Program-made: the position numbers and the translations under genes
Shown: one piece after another, positions 1 to 10,385 of the stretch
Layout of the letters: the number at the start of each line of letters is the position of its first letter
How positions within the stretch are numbered: position 1 is the stretch's first letter
NCBI GenBank assembly: GCA_900128585.1
Contig: LT642153.1
Location: 1-62,608 of the forward strand
Reading direction: 5' to 3'
Length of the DNA: 62,608 nt
Origin: Stramenopiles sp. TOSAG23-3
Taxonomy: Eukaryota
The notes under the pieces: generated by a model
Told to the model about the DNA's origin: nothing
The model's database searches: none
The model's input: only the letters and a program-made list of their open reading frames with translations

Positions 1-829
1 CCTCCTCCTCTCCTCGCGTTGGTTGATGATATTTTGTTTTTTGTCAATCACTCACTCACCCATTTTATTTTCTTATTTCGCGGTTTCAGTTATTATACTA
101 CGTACTATAGCCCCTAACAACAACCACAACAGAAAAATAATTTAAAAAAATGGGATCTCTACTACCTACCCTTAATTTCTACAAGAGACGTGATTCTTAT
201 ACTAATATGTGATAATTATATTGGAGGTTTCTGAACGTTACAACTGAGGGATGGTTTGCTCTGAATATGCTATAACATATTAATACTACTTTTTAGTAAA
301 ATATAATTACATATTTAAATTCCTTAATACTATTATTAGCTCATAATTAAATGAACAAGTGGAGAAGAAACTACTGTACACTATTACGTTGGCTTCTTCT
401 AAAAATAAAAATAAACTATTATAAAATGGACATAGAGGGAGTTGTTGTATTATAGTAGTATTACGTAGTAGTCTAATTATTTTTTGTTTTCTTTTTGTGT
501 TTGTTGTTGTTGTTCGGTACCGGTAGTATAATACCAGGTATTACTGAAACAATACAACAAATAGATGAAGGAGAGAGAGAGGGTAGGTATTATTTTAACT
601 TCTATAATAAATAAACTAATAATAATAATTCCACCAGGTCGGTTGTTTTTGAGAATTCCATCTATACCACCTTTCTGTGAGTTTAAACAAAGACAAGTGG
701 AAATACATGGGGGAAAAAGAGCATCCATTTTCAGACATTGTAATTTGTACGTGACACTGGATTTATAAATCGTTTTGTGACTACAAAACTCATCACGCCA
801 CTGCGTCGCTGCCTGGATGACAGCGCACT

Positions 830-3433
830 ATGGAAGATAGGACTGAGGATGAAGACGACGACGCACGAGGCTCCCCTCGGTCTTCGGCGGCAGCCATGTT
901 ACAACTATCGGCCCAACTTGAGCTATCGGACCTAGAAGATGCGTATGGGGGTATGGATGTTCAGAAAAAAGAAAGAATAAAGACTCTTTTGCATGAAAAT
1001 CTCAAGCTTACAAAATCTATTAGCAATGCAGTCAACTATGGAGAAGCGAAATCCAGCGAAAGCAAGGAGAGAGGCGACACCCACGCGCGGGTAGCAGGTG
1101 TGCAGAAAAGCGTCGAATCGAGCACGACATCAAAGTCTTGGAAGAAAATCAATGATGTCTTTGAGCAAGAAAGGTTGGCATTCGTGTCAGATATAGAACA
1201 GATGGAGCAAAGACTTCAACACCAGCGTGGCATTAATTCCCGAGAACGTGAGCGTGCAAAAGCAAACGAATTAAATCTGAAGAAAAGGGTTGCCGAGCTA
1301 AAGACCCAACTACAGAAGGCTGTCTCAAACCAGTCTGGGTGGCGAGAGGAAAAGTGTGTGTTGGAAACCGATGTTTCAACGCTGCAGAATAAATTGGACG
1401 GTCTTAAAATTAAGTTACGATCCGAACGGTCAAAGGCCAAACGAGAAACCTTGTCCCGCTCACAGGCTGCGCAGTACCTTGAGGCAGAGTTTTCTGCATA
1501 CAGGTCTGAGTCTGAAACAAAGGTTCGAAGATTACATGATGCTGTGGCCACCCTGAGGTCGCATGCCCAAGAATTGGATGCGGTGAAAGAGGCAGAAGCA
1601 AGGCACCACGCAGAACGGGTCGAGGAGTTAGAGAGACAGTCCGCAATGCTTTCAAAACTTTGCCACGAAAATGAGGCCGCGGCCAGGGACTGTGCCGAGA
1701 AGGTAATGGCGATGAAGAAACATGTTCTAGAGGTGGAGGCCAGAGAGAAAGACGCCACGGTGCGATCAAGTAAACTACAGGAACAAAACCAGAACTTATC
1801 TGCAGCGTTGAACGCCGCTGAGTTAAAATACAAAGAGCATGAGCACAAGGCTGAACGGCGCATGGCAATGTTTCAAGAGGAGGTAGTACGAGCAAAAGAA
1901 GCGAAAGCGGCAATGAATAATAAGCAGGAGAAAGAGTACAAGGAAACCTTACAAAAGCTTACCAATGACCAGCAGCAAAGAGAGACCGAATTTGAAGGCA
2001 AAATTAGGTCCCTTGTATTAGAGAGAGACAGGGTCATCCATGAGAAAAACGAGGCTGTTAAAAACATGGAGAAACTTGTGGCTATACAGAGAGGCAAAAG
2101 CAAATCGTTGAAAGCAACAGCAGAACAGAAACGCAGGGAAGCAGATGAAGCACAAAAGGCGCTGAAGCGAATGAAAGACTCAGCGAATGAAACGTCAACT
2201 GAAAACGAAGCCCTAAAAACAGCAGTAGAAAAAAAGCTCGAGGAAGCCGCTGCTGCGGAAAGGCAGTTGAATTTAATGAGAGCTTCCGTCAACGAAATCG
2301 TCATCGGCAACCCTGTAAATATACCCCAAAGCATAGAAAATGAACCAAACGATCAACATCAGCACGAAGTGGAAGCGTGGCGAGCAAAATTCGAGACGGC
2401 AGAGACTGAACACAATGCGAAGATGGAAAAGAAATCCCTTGAAATCGTGCGTCTAAAACGGCAACTCCTGGAGACATCTGAGCTGGCCACAAAGCTGCGG
2501 CGGGGCCATGACTCCATCAAAAATAGGGTCCATCAAAACGTGGTAGACGAAAACCCGAAAGACGCCGTGGCCCAAAACACCCGAGCAGTTCAAACGATGG
2601 ATGTTGGGAACGCCTCATCCATAGCTCCCTCGAATGCCTCGCATTGTGAGCGCGCACAGAGCAATGAAACGCGACAGAATCGTGTACCAATAAATGGAAA
2701 CAATGCTCAGGCAGCAATACTTCCTACCCTTCACAATACCTCAGGGATAGAAGAGGAATTGAATATTACCAAACGCGCCCTGTGGCAAGCAAGTGACACA
2801 TTGAAAGCCATGGAGTTACGAGAAATCGATGCCTTGAAGACCATATCAGAGCTTCGAATACACGTAAAGAAAGAAATGTCAACCCGAGAAAGTTTTGAAA
2901 GAAAAGAAAATGTTTCATCCAATAATAGTGGCAATAACGATTATCTGGTAGGATCATTGCGCGCTGAGATTGGTCAACTAAAATCTCAGTACACTAGTCA
3001 CTTGGCAAGCCATGTCGAAGAAATAAATGATATTCTTCATAGCACTCAAGTTAGATCTCAGAGAAGAACTCACGATCCCCAGATTGTGCTACGACTCAAC
3101 AGTATTGTTGGCGATTTAAAACAACAAAACAGAGATATTTCTGAACAGCTTGCCAGGAAGTCTCATGAATGTTCTTCAATAAAAACCGAATTAGATGTTT
3201 TAAACAGGGAGAAAAGGGAGCTTGAAACGCGCCTTCTGCGCGCCATGAAACAACTTCAGGTGTTAGGTAGTTTTGCTGAAGTGGCGGAAGAGTCATCGTC
3301 ATCGCTCCACGACAATCTACGAGAGCAAAATGAATGCATCGAAATCTTGAAATCGGAAAAGGCTTTTATATTGTCAAGGCTGCAAGAGCAAGCATTAACA
3401 ATTCACCGGTTGACTGTGAACATGGACCATTGA
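830..3433 (+). CDS. Long coiled-coil protein of unknown function
   Basis: 867-aa ATG-initiated ORF, rich in E/K/R/Q/A with heptad character and no catalytic motif. Confidence 0.8.
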   Translation: MEDRTEDEDDDARGSPRSSAAAMLQLSAQLELSDLEDAYGGMDVQKKERIKTLLHENLKLTKSISNAVNYGEAKSSESKERGDTHARVAGVQKSVESSTTSKSWKKINDVFEQERLAFVSDIEQMEQRLQHQRGINSRERERAKANELNLKKRVAELKTQLQKAVSNQSGWREEKCVLETDVSTLQNKLDGLKIKLRSERSKAKRETLSRSQAAQYLEAEFSAYRSESETKVRRLHDAVATLRSHAQELDAVKEAEARHHAERVEELERQSAMLSKLCHENEAAARDCAEKVMAMKKHVLEVEAREKDATVRSSKLQEQNQNLSAALNAAELKYKEHEHKAERRMAMFQEEVVRAKEAKAAMNNKQEKEYKETLQKLTNDQQQRETEFEGKIRSLVLERDRVIHEKNEAVKNMEKLVAIQRGKSKSLKATAEQKRREADEAQKALKRMKDSANETSTENEALKTAVEKKLEEAAAAERQLNLMRASVNEIVIGNPVNIPQSIENEPNDQHQHEVEAWRAKFETAETEHNAKMEKKSLEIVRLKRQLLETSELATKLRRGHDSIKNRVHQNVVDENPKDAVAQNTRAVQTMDVGNASSIAPSNASHCERAQSNETRQNRVPINGNNAQAAILPTLHNTSGIEEELNITKRALWQASDTLKAMELREIDALKTISELRIHVKKEMSTRESFERKENVSSNNSGNNDYLVGSLRAEIGQLKSQYTSHLASHVEEINDILHSTQVRSQRRTHDPQIVLRLNSIVGDLKQQNRDISEQLARKSHECSSIKTELDVLNREKRELETRLLRAMKQLQVLGSFAEVAEESSSSLHDNLREQNECIEILKSEKAFILSRLQEQALTIHRLTVNMDH

Positions 3434-3565
3434 GGTGTATGCGGTACAACTCCCCCGCGTCGCCGAATGTTATTTAATAGAGGAGGGGAAGTGAATGAAT
3501 TGTTAATACGGGAATTTCTTTTTTTTAATTTATAAAATTCGGCCTTGTATTTATATGATAGTTGC

Positions 3566-3589
3566 AAATAACAGCCAATTTTTCTTGTT
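3566..3589 (-). repeat. Single end-motif copy of the dispersed MITE-like repeat
   Basis: AAATAACAGCCAATTTTTCTTGTT matches the inverted end at 25040-25061. Confidence 0.6.
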
Positions 3590-3984
3590 GTTTTTTTAGT
3601 TGCTATATTTATACCACACCATACCAAAACAACCTCAACCAACACACAAGAAAACCAGCTATCATCTTTCGTTTTCACCTCATAATAATATTACAACTAC
3701 GGTATTAATACCGTACGGTACGGGTATTATACCCCCGTACCAACCGTAGTTATTATTATTTATAATATTATAATACTATTGCTTTATATCCTATTTTCTT
3801 CCCATCACTTCTCTCTTTTACTTCGTCTCTCCTCCGTTCGTTCGTCTTGTCGCTTGTCGTGTCGTCAAAAAAATATCTCATCAAACAACACAACAACATA
3901 CAACAAACAATCAACGCAAATAATTCTTCGCTATTATAGCTACTACTACTATATTAAAATAATAATAATAATACAAATAAAAAA

Positions 3985-4006
3985 NNNNNNNNNNNNNNNN
4001 NNNNNN
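3985..4006. other. Assembly gap (22 N)
   Basis: Run of n in the sequence. Confidence 1.
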
Positions 4007-4235
4007 AGAGTACCATATATATCTTCTGATACAATAGTATAATATTATAAAGTAGAAGTTATTATCTACATTATCACAGTCAAGAAGATATACGACTTTG
4101 AAACTAAAGTGTTTGTCTTTACACAATATGAGAACAGTTTGCAAATTGAGTGGTGAATCATTACATTCCGCCAACCGTCTCAAAAGCAAGTAGAAGACCG
4201 CTGCTGAAAACCGACCGCCCCAAACACTGTGGAAG

Positions 4236-5465
4236 ATGGCAGAGGCTTCAGGGAGGGTTGAGGCAATTCAAGAAAAAATCGATAGAAGGAAGCGGCAGCG
4301 ACTCTTGGGGCAGAAGAACTCTGGTAAAACGATTCTCGACGATGTGCCTGTGGACGAACGAGATTCTTCTGCGTCGGCATGGTTAAGTAAATGTGCAAAT
4401 TTGGTAGCCCGCTCAAAGAAAGCAAATGATAACCCTATCGTGAAGAGCCAGGGGGAACACCCTGCGAAATCTACGCCAACCAGCGGGACTGTGGAGAAGA
4501 AAAAAGTAGGGAAAAGCAAGCGTGCCAAAATACTTCCTAGCGTATCTTTATTGCAGGATGAAGAGCGTCTTGTTTTCGATGGCAATTTTAACGAGGGCGA
4601 GATGAGGGGGGGCAATATTGTAAGCGACAAAGCACAAGGCGGCAAAACAACAAAAATAAAAAAACGCAAAAAAGATAGGTCGAAAAAACGTAAAAAGTTC
4701 AAGCTTAGAAAACACGATGACGAGCTCTTAGATGAAAGTACTAGTGGTCTAATACAGAAACAACAAACTCAGATACAAAATAATCCAGTAAAAAGAATTG
4801 TTAAAGAGGAAAATGATGAGGTTGAATTGGATGCCTATCTAGCCCGAGCCCGGCGTTTAGCGTCTTCACAGAACCGTACTGCGTTTGCACCTTCTCATTT
4901 TTTAAAGACAAATTCTGCCAAGTTAGATGCAAAACAAGTTCCGTCAAGCAATCGGGTTGATACCTTTTCTGGGGTTGTCAGCTTTGCCAACCACATTGCT
5001 GAAAGACTTGAAAAGTCCACTAAAAATGTTAATATAACAAGAGACAGTGAACGAGAGGATTTGAAGTTGAAGAAACAAGCTCCGCGAAAAGAAGTCGTTG
5101 AAAGAGCTGTTGTTGGCACTGAGGCTAGTGAGCCTCGTACCAAAGCGCAAAAGAAAGATAACACGTCTGCTAGTAGAAGCGTAAACTCGATTATGTCAAC
5201 TTTGAACTACCTTCGCCAATCCAATAGCTCCAAAGAAGAAGTTATTGTAGGCCGAGCAAATGACAAAATTCTCAGAAATGAGAAAGGGGCATCCGGGAAA
5301 GAGATCAAGCTGGAATACCGAGATGATTTGGGGCGTCTTATGACACCAAAGGAAGCATTCCGACAGTTGAGTTACAACTTCCATGGAATAAAACCTTCAA
5401 AGAAAACCAGAGAGAAACGAGAGCGACAAATGGAAAAAAGATTTGTACGGACAAAAAATACATAA
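4236..5465 (+). CDS. SART1: U4/U6.U5 tri-snRNP-associated protein SART-1/Snu66-like
   Basis: C-terminal IKLEYRDDLGRLMTPKEAFRQLSYNFHGIKPSKKTREKR is the SART-1 family signature. Confidence 0.85.
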   Translation: MAEASGRVEAIQEKIDRRKRQRLLGQKNSGKTILDDVPVDERDSSASAWLSKCANLVARSKKANDNPIVKSQGEHPAKSTPTSGTVEKKKVGKSKRAKILPSVSLLQDEERLVFDGNFNEGEMRGGNIVSDKAQGGKTTKIKKRKKDRSKKRKKFKLRKHDDELLDESTSGLIQKQQTQIQNNPVKRIVKEENDEVELDAYLARARRLASSQNRTAFAPSHFLKTNSAKLDAKQVPSSNRVDTFSGVVSFANHIAERLEKSTKNVNITRDSEREDLKLKKQAPRKEVVERAVVGTEASEPRTKAQKKDNTSASRSVNSIMSTLNYLRQSNSSKEEVIVGRANDKILRNEKGASGKEIKLEYRDDLGRLMTPKEAFRQLSYNFHGIKPSKKTREKRERQMEKRFVRTKNT

Positions 5466-5492
5466 TAATTCCATTAAAATAAAAACACTTTG

Positions 5493-5552
5493 AAAACAAG
5501 AAAATTTATCTTCCTCCAATGTACCGCGAAAGTGAATTTGCTCCTTTTGTCC
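5493..5552 (+). repeat. Internally deleted copy of the dispersed repeat
   Basis: AAAACAAGAAAATT followed by CCGCGAAAGTGAATTTGCTCCTTTTGTCC, similar to the reverse complement of 28331-28418. Confidence 0.65.
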
Positions 5553-5743
5553 TACGTTCCTTCATGTCACTGCGAATTTATCTCTGTTCCTGTGATTTTA
5601 CTAAATATACTCTTTATCATGAGCGTATGACATCAACATTTACTTTATAAAAAACAAAAGATTTGGCCAATTGTTTTGTTTTTAAGAATTACATTGGTAT
5701 TTTGGTTTCCCAGCAAATTGCACTGCATGCCGCCCGTTCATCA

Positions 5744-7450
5744 CTACCGTCCTTTCCTTTTCCTGACATTTTTCCCCCTTTGGTTGCGCCTATATTTACC
5801 TTTCAGCGCTCCATTTCGTCCGGTAAGACGAGGGGTAATCAAAGCTTCTTTACCGCACAATGTGGCGGCTTTCGTTAAAATATGTTTAATGTTATCTTTT
5901 TCCAAAGAAGTTTCGCTGTCGTACTGAAGGGCGCTACATATGTCGAGCAAACGCTTGACCTCTACTGCTGCTAAGTTCAATGATTCGATTTCTAGCAGTA
6001 AATCGTTCTTGTTCGTCGCCGTTTTCTTAAACGAAGACCCTTTGCGGGCTTGAACACGTGTCATGTTCTGTATGCTGCGCGCCCGTTGTGCAAACTTTAA
6101 TGTTGACAAGGTTTCTTCGTAATTATCATCGTGGGGAGACAATGCTACTAACAGTGCAGTCTTTGCATCACCTCCCAAGGAGTTCTGAAGAATTCGTGTT
6201 AACTTCGAATCTCTGTAAGGTATGTGCTTCTTGTTCTTGCCCCGCTGTTTTTTTGGTGTGTCTCCTTGCGCATGTTTCGTGATGCTAGTTTTGGATAAAA
6301 TGCCTATGATTTTTCCCAGCGCAGACAAAGACTTGTTGATTGATGCAGCTTCTTTTAACCGGTCTCCTGCAGCTCCAGTTTTCTTAACTTTTTCACTGCC
6401 TGCTAAATCGACTAAATGCAGCTTGCTTGATTTCTGGAAACCAGTTTTTTTATTTAACTGGTCCAAACGCAAGCACACTAAGCAATGGCTCCTTGAGCTC
6501 TCTGCGTTCATGTTCGTAGAACTTGTGGAACGATGAACAAACCCTTCTTCAATCATTGCTTCGATTTCATCAGCAGTCTCTACTCTTTTTTCTGCCAACC
6601 CTGCAACATAAACCCCTTCGTTCGTTTTCTCTCTGAGCTGTAAATTTTTGCTGTTTTCTTCGATTAAGTCATTAATTTGCTCATTGTAGATTTCAAACAT
6701 TGAGGCAAACAGAGCACGCCCATTTTCTTCACCGCCATCGTTTTTGTAAGTAACGATTTCTTCGCACGCCCTCCCCACGATACCAACCGTATCGGTATTT
6801 GTTTTTCCTGTGCCAAACATTGAAAATGTTTTTCCACTGCCAGTTTGACCGTAAGCAAATATTGTTCCGTTGAAACCTGCGCACATCGCATTCACAATGT
6901 TCTTGCCAATTCCATCATACACCAATTTTTGCGTGCTTTTGGTCCCATAGACATGATCGAATGTGAAGATATCTTTGTTGTACTCAATTTCTTGGCCGTG
7001 CGTTTCGTTAATTTTCAGTTTGTCGCTTATTTTTCCACTTCCAAGGTCTTTCTCTCGAGACACCAATGGTCTAAACCTGGCGGCCACAGCTATGTTGGAC
7101 ATTCCCGACATTTTCCGTAACTCCTCCGCTTCTTTGTCATGCTGCTCTGCCACAGCTATGTTTTCTTCGCAGATGGCACGATAAGACGAAATATACGACA
7201 AAGTAAGTTTTAGTCTTTGGCGGTCTTTGTCGTTTAATTCTGTTTTCCTTTCTGCCTCCTTTTCTTTCATTTCTTGGACTTTGGCACGCGCGGCACGTTT
7301 TCGGGCTACCGATTGTATCTTCGTGGCCGCATCATTCTCTTGCTGGATTTTTCTCTTTTCTGCATCTGCTTTTTCCTGTGCTTCTTGCTGCTTTCTCTTT
7401 GCATCCATTTCTAACTGCAATTTTCGCTCTTCCTCTTCCTTTTTCTTCAT
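5744..7450 (-). CDS. Kinesin motor protein with N-terminal coiled coil and IQ motif
   Basis: P-loop GQTGSGKT, switch I SSRSH, switch II LVDLAGSE, HIPYRDSKLTRILQ; IQ motif IQSVARKRAAR. The 5' end may be incomplete. Confidence 0.9.
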   Translation of the reverse strand: MKKKEEEERKLQLEMDAKRKQQEAQEKADAEKRKIQQENDAATKIQSVARKRAARAKVQEMKEKEAERKTELNDKDRQRLKLTLSYISSYRAICEENIAVAEQHDKEAEELRKMSGMSNIAVAARFRPLVSREKDLGSGKISDKLKINETHGQEIEYNKDIFTFDHVYGTKSTQKLVYDGIGKNIVNAMCAGFNGTIFAYGQTGSGKTFSMFGTGKTNTDTVGIVGRACEEIVTYKNDGGEENGRALFASMFEIYNEQINDLIEENSKNLQLREKTNEGVYVAGLAEKRVETADEIEAMIEEGFVHRSTSSTNMNAESSRSHCLVCLRLDQLNKKTGFQKSSKLHLVDLAGSEKVKKTGAAGDRLKEAASINKSLSALGKIIGILSKTSITKHAQGDTPKKQRGKNKKHIPYRDSKLTRILQNSLGGDAKTALLVALSPHDDNYEETLSTLKFAQRARSIQNMTRVQARKGSSFKKTATNKNDLLLEIESLNLAAVEVKRLLDICSALQYDSETSLEKDNIKHILTKAATLCGKEALITPRLTGRNGALKGKYRRNQRGKNVRKRKGR

Positions 7451-8433
7451 TTCTATTTGATTTTGCCGTTCCTCTTCCGCCTAATGCAAACCTTCTCCCT
7501 TTTTCTGCAGTTTGCCAAAATAAAAATAGAGGCCAATTGAGGCAAACAAAATGAAAGTGATAGATCTTAAGCATACAAACAAATCTAACAAAATATTATT
7601 ACTTTTCTCTTCTTTACTTCTCTACTTCTCTTTTTTTTACTTCTTCTTTTTTATTTTTTATTAATTATTGTTTGCTTGTATTATAATATTATGTTAACAC
7701 AGCAGTATAAAAGATAATAATATATTTTTATCATTTCGAAAAAAAAATGCTCATCTCATAAACCGTAGTAACATATTATAATTATTATTATATATACTAT
7801 GATAGGACTATAGTATTTATCACAACTTTATATAACGTCAAACGGCAAACCAACAACAACATGACAAAAATCGTATCTCTCAATACATTATTAAATAAAT
7901 AACGAACTATAATTATAAGATCAGTTCTATCGATACAATTGGGATAATAATCTTGAGAGTCTTAAAACATACCTACGTCGTAGACTATTGTTTTTCATTA
8001 TTGTTTTTTTTTTAAATTATTATTAGGTTGAATCGTTTGACACTGTGTGTACGGTATATATAACTATCAGATTACGATGTTGGAAATTAACGGGAACGTA
8101 CCATTGGCTGGTTGTGATCATCCCAAATTTTTGTATAAAAGAAGTCGATAAAAATTAGATGCACATCATATGACCATATGAACACAACTTGAATGACGAC
8201 CTGAAAAAAAATCTTCCTGTTGTTGTTCTGCGTATTATTTTTTAAGGCACAAAAATACCCGCCGCCCGCATCTGGCTCTTCGTTTCATCCACAATATAAA
8301 AATCAGAAAACACATATCTATTATATATACAGTAATTCAAAGCGAAGGAAGGTGCAACATCGGAATTCACTGTTGCCAACATTTCGTCAATAACTTCGAG
8401 TTTTACATTAGTCTCTAATTTAGATAAGTCTAA

Positions 8434-9516
8434 TGGGCGGTACCCGTCTTCGAAAGCTGCAGCAGTTCCACGCCATCCCCCCGGAACGGCCGGCGGAGCC
8501 GGACCGCGGTGGTCTTTGACCCCCGAATGTGCCTTCACAAAAGCGCCAAACATCCCCACCACGAAGAATGCCCGGAGCGCATCCTCGACATATACAACGA
8601 GTTCAACGCGTGCGGCCTTTGGGACCAGTTTGTGGGTGTTCCGAGCCGCATTGCGTCCCCCGAAGAGCTGGCGCTGGCCCACAACAAGGCGCACTGCAAA
8701 GACATGGCAAAGCTGTCGAAAGCGTCCCACCGGTCCAAGCGGGAGGAGGAGCTCTGGAGTGATTCCGTGTACTGCAACGAGCACACGTACTTTGCTGCCA
8801 CGCTGTCGGCTGGGTCGCTTCTGTCGCTGGTAGACTCCGTTTGCAGCGACGATGACCGGGTGCGGAACGGGATCGCGCTGATCCGGCCGCCCGGGCACCA
8901 TGCCGAGCACAACCAAGCCATGGGGTTCTGTATATTCAACAACTGCGCCGTCGCGGCGAGGTATGCGCAGCAAAAGTTTGGCCTAGAGCGCATTTTGATC
9001 GTAGACTGGGACATCCACCACGGGAACGGCCTCCAGAATATCTTTATAGATGACCCGTCTGTGCTTTACTTTTCGGTGCACCGGTACGACAACGGCTCGT
9101 TCTATCCCGGTGGAAAAGCGTGGGGCCCGGGCGAATGCGGCACTGGTGACGGGGAAGGGTACAACGTGAACGTCGGGTGGAACGCCCGCATGATGGGGGA
9201 CCAAGACTACCTGGCGGCGTGGATGCACGTTTTGATGCCTATCGCGTACGAATACGACCCGCAACTAGTTATTATCGCCGCAGGCTTTGATGCCGTCGAG
9301 GGCGACCCGTTAGGAAAATGCTGCGTGTCTCCAGCAGGTTACAGCCATCTGTTGTACCATTTGTCCAGTCTTGCGGAGGGAAAGGTTATCGTAGCATTGG
9401 AAGGTGGGTACAATTTGAAAATGCCAGCGGCGTTCTGTGAAATGGGTCTGGGAAGCGTGAAGCAAATTCCTTACAATCGATTTTTTGGTATAGTGGTACC
9501 AAAATTGTTCGTGTAA
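8434..9516 (+). CDS. Class II (HDAC6/10-like) histone deacetylase domain; start unclear and C-terminus apparently truncated
   Basis: RPPGHHA, GFCIFNN, DWDIHHGNG, AGFDA and EGGY motifs. The frame is open from 8434 but its first ATG (8527) lies inside the conserved VVFDPRMCLH motif. Confidence 0.8.
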   Translation, partial: WAVPVFESCSSSTPSPRNGRRSRTAVVFDPRMCLHKSAKHPHHEECPERILDIYNEFNACGLWDQFVGVPSRIASPEELALAHNKAHCKDMAKLSKASHRSKREEELWSDSVYCNEHTYFAATLSAGSLLSLVDSVCSDDDRVRNGIALIRPPGHHAEHNQAMGFCIFNNCAVAARYAQQKFGLERILIVDWDIHHGNGLQNIFIDDPSVLYFSVHRYDNGSFYPGGKAWGPGECGTGDGEGYNVNVGWNARMMGDQDYLAAWMHVLMPIAYEYDPQLVIIAAGFDAVEGDPLGKCCVSPAGYSHLLYHLSSLAEGKVIVALEGGYNLKMPAAFCEMGLGSVKQIPYNRFFGIVVPKLFV

Positions 9517-10385
9517 GATACCAGGCCCCAGTTGACACAATAATTTTGTATTACGTCCGATGTTAATTCACAATCGTGGTCGTCTATGGGGTAAGATTCC
9601 CAAGCAGATATAATCTTTTTCAAAGCCTGGTGCCGATATAACGTAGCAAACCCACCACCGCAAAAATAACACCCGGACCATGTCTTGGCCCCATCGCAAT
9701 GGCACCGCGAAAAAGAATTGTTGTGGGCAGCACGAAACACCGAATTACCGAGTGACGGATATTTCTGGTCTAACTCAGTCTTACATGCTTCAACGCAATC
9801 AAAACGAATCGTGTCCCAATATTTTGGAACAGCGTCCACAACGCATGGCAACGCCTGCTGAAAGTACGGCGACAAATACGTATCATCTTCAAAAACCAGA
9901 TACAAACTGTCCTTGCGCCCAATCCTGTACAAATGTTTTAACAAGTTTATATTTGTTTTCCGGATCCCTAACATTCCTTTCAGGAACGTCGGTTTGGTTC
10001 CTTTCGTGGGATTTTTCAAATGCTTTCGTGACTTATTTATCTCGGAATTAGTAGGTCGCAACGCTCGCCATCGTTGGATGGAAAACCCAAAATTGGCCGC
10101 CTGCTCTTCCATATGAGCACGCCTTTCGAAACTTTCATCTAAGTTTATATAATATAATTTTATTCTAGAGATCGCCGTGGTGGCTTCTTTCTCACACAGC
10201 CGACGAGGGAACTGCGAACCAACTCCAGAAAACAGCATCCACTGCACAATGAAAAGATACAGAAAAAATAATGCCACCAGAAAAAGAGTCATCTTCCTCA
10301 TCGCAAACTTGCGACTTGCCAGGCGCAACCACATATTATATATTCCGAAGTGTCCCTTTCCACAAACAGCTCCCCCTCTACGCAT
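9471..10385 (-). CDS. Glycosyltransferase family 25-like type II membrane protein
   Basis: N-terminal TM anchor, YYINLDESFERRAHM and LVFEDD motifs; start codon uncertain. Confidence 0.75.
   Translation of the reverse strand: MRRGGAVCGKGHFGIYNMWLRLASRKFAMRKMTLFLVALFFLYLFIVQWMLFSGVGSQFPRRLCEKEATTAISRIKLYYINLDESFERRAHMEEQAANFGFSIQRWRALRPTNSEINKSRKHLKNPTKGTKPTFLKGMLGIRKTNINLLKHLYRIGRKDSLYLVFEDDTYLSPYFQQALPCVVDAVPKYWDTIRFDCVEACKTELDQKYPSLGNSVFRAAHNNSFSRCHCDGAKTWSGCYFCGGGFATLYRHQALKKIISAWESYPIDDHDCELTSDVIQNYCVNWGLVSYTNNFGTTIPKNRL

Noticed and set aside
477..768. Short ORFs in AT-rich spacers (also 3779, 13475, 17963, 22811, 26555, 45407)
   Set aside because: Low-complexity translations of microsatellite-like DNA, often with non-ATG starts
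1216..2334. Long antisense ORFs (215, 167 and 153 aa) inside the coiled-coil gene, and similar ones at 25094, 32762, 47030 and 58001
   Set aside because: S/F/L-rich mirror translations of E/K/R-rich sense genes with no independent motifs
8242..8973. 243-aa minus-strand ORF overlapping the HDAC
   Set aside because: Mostly antisense to GC-rich HDAC codons; the unique 3' part has no recognisable motif
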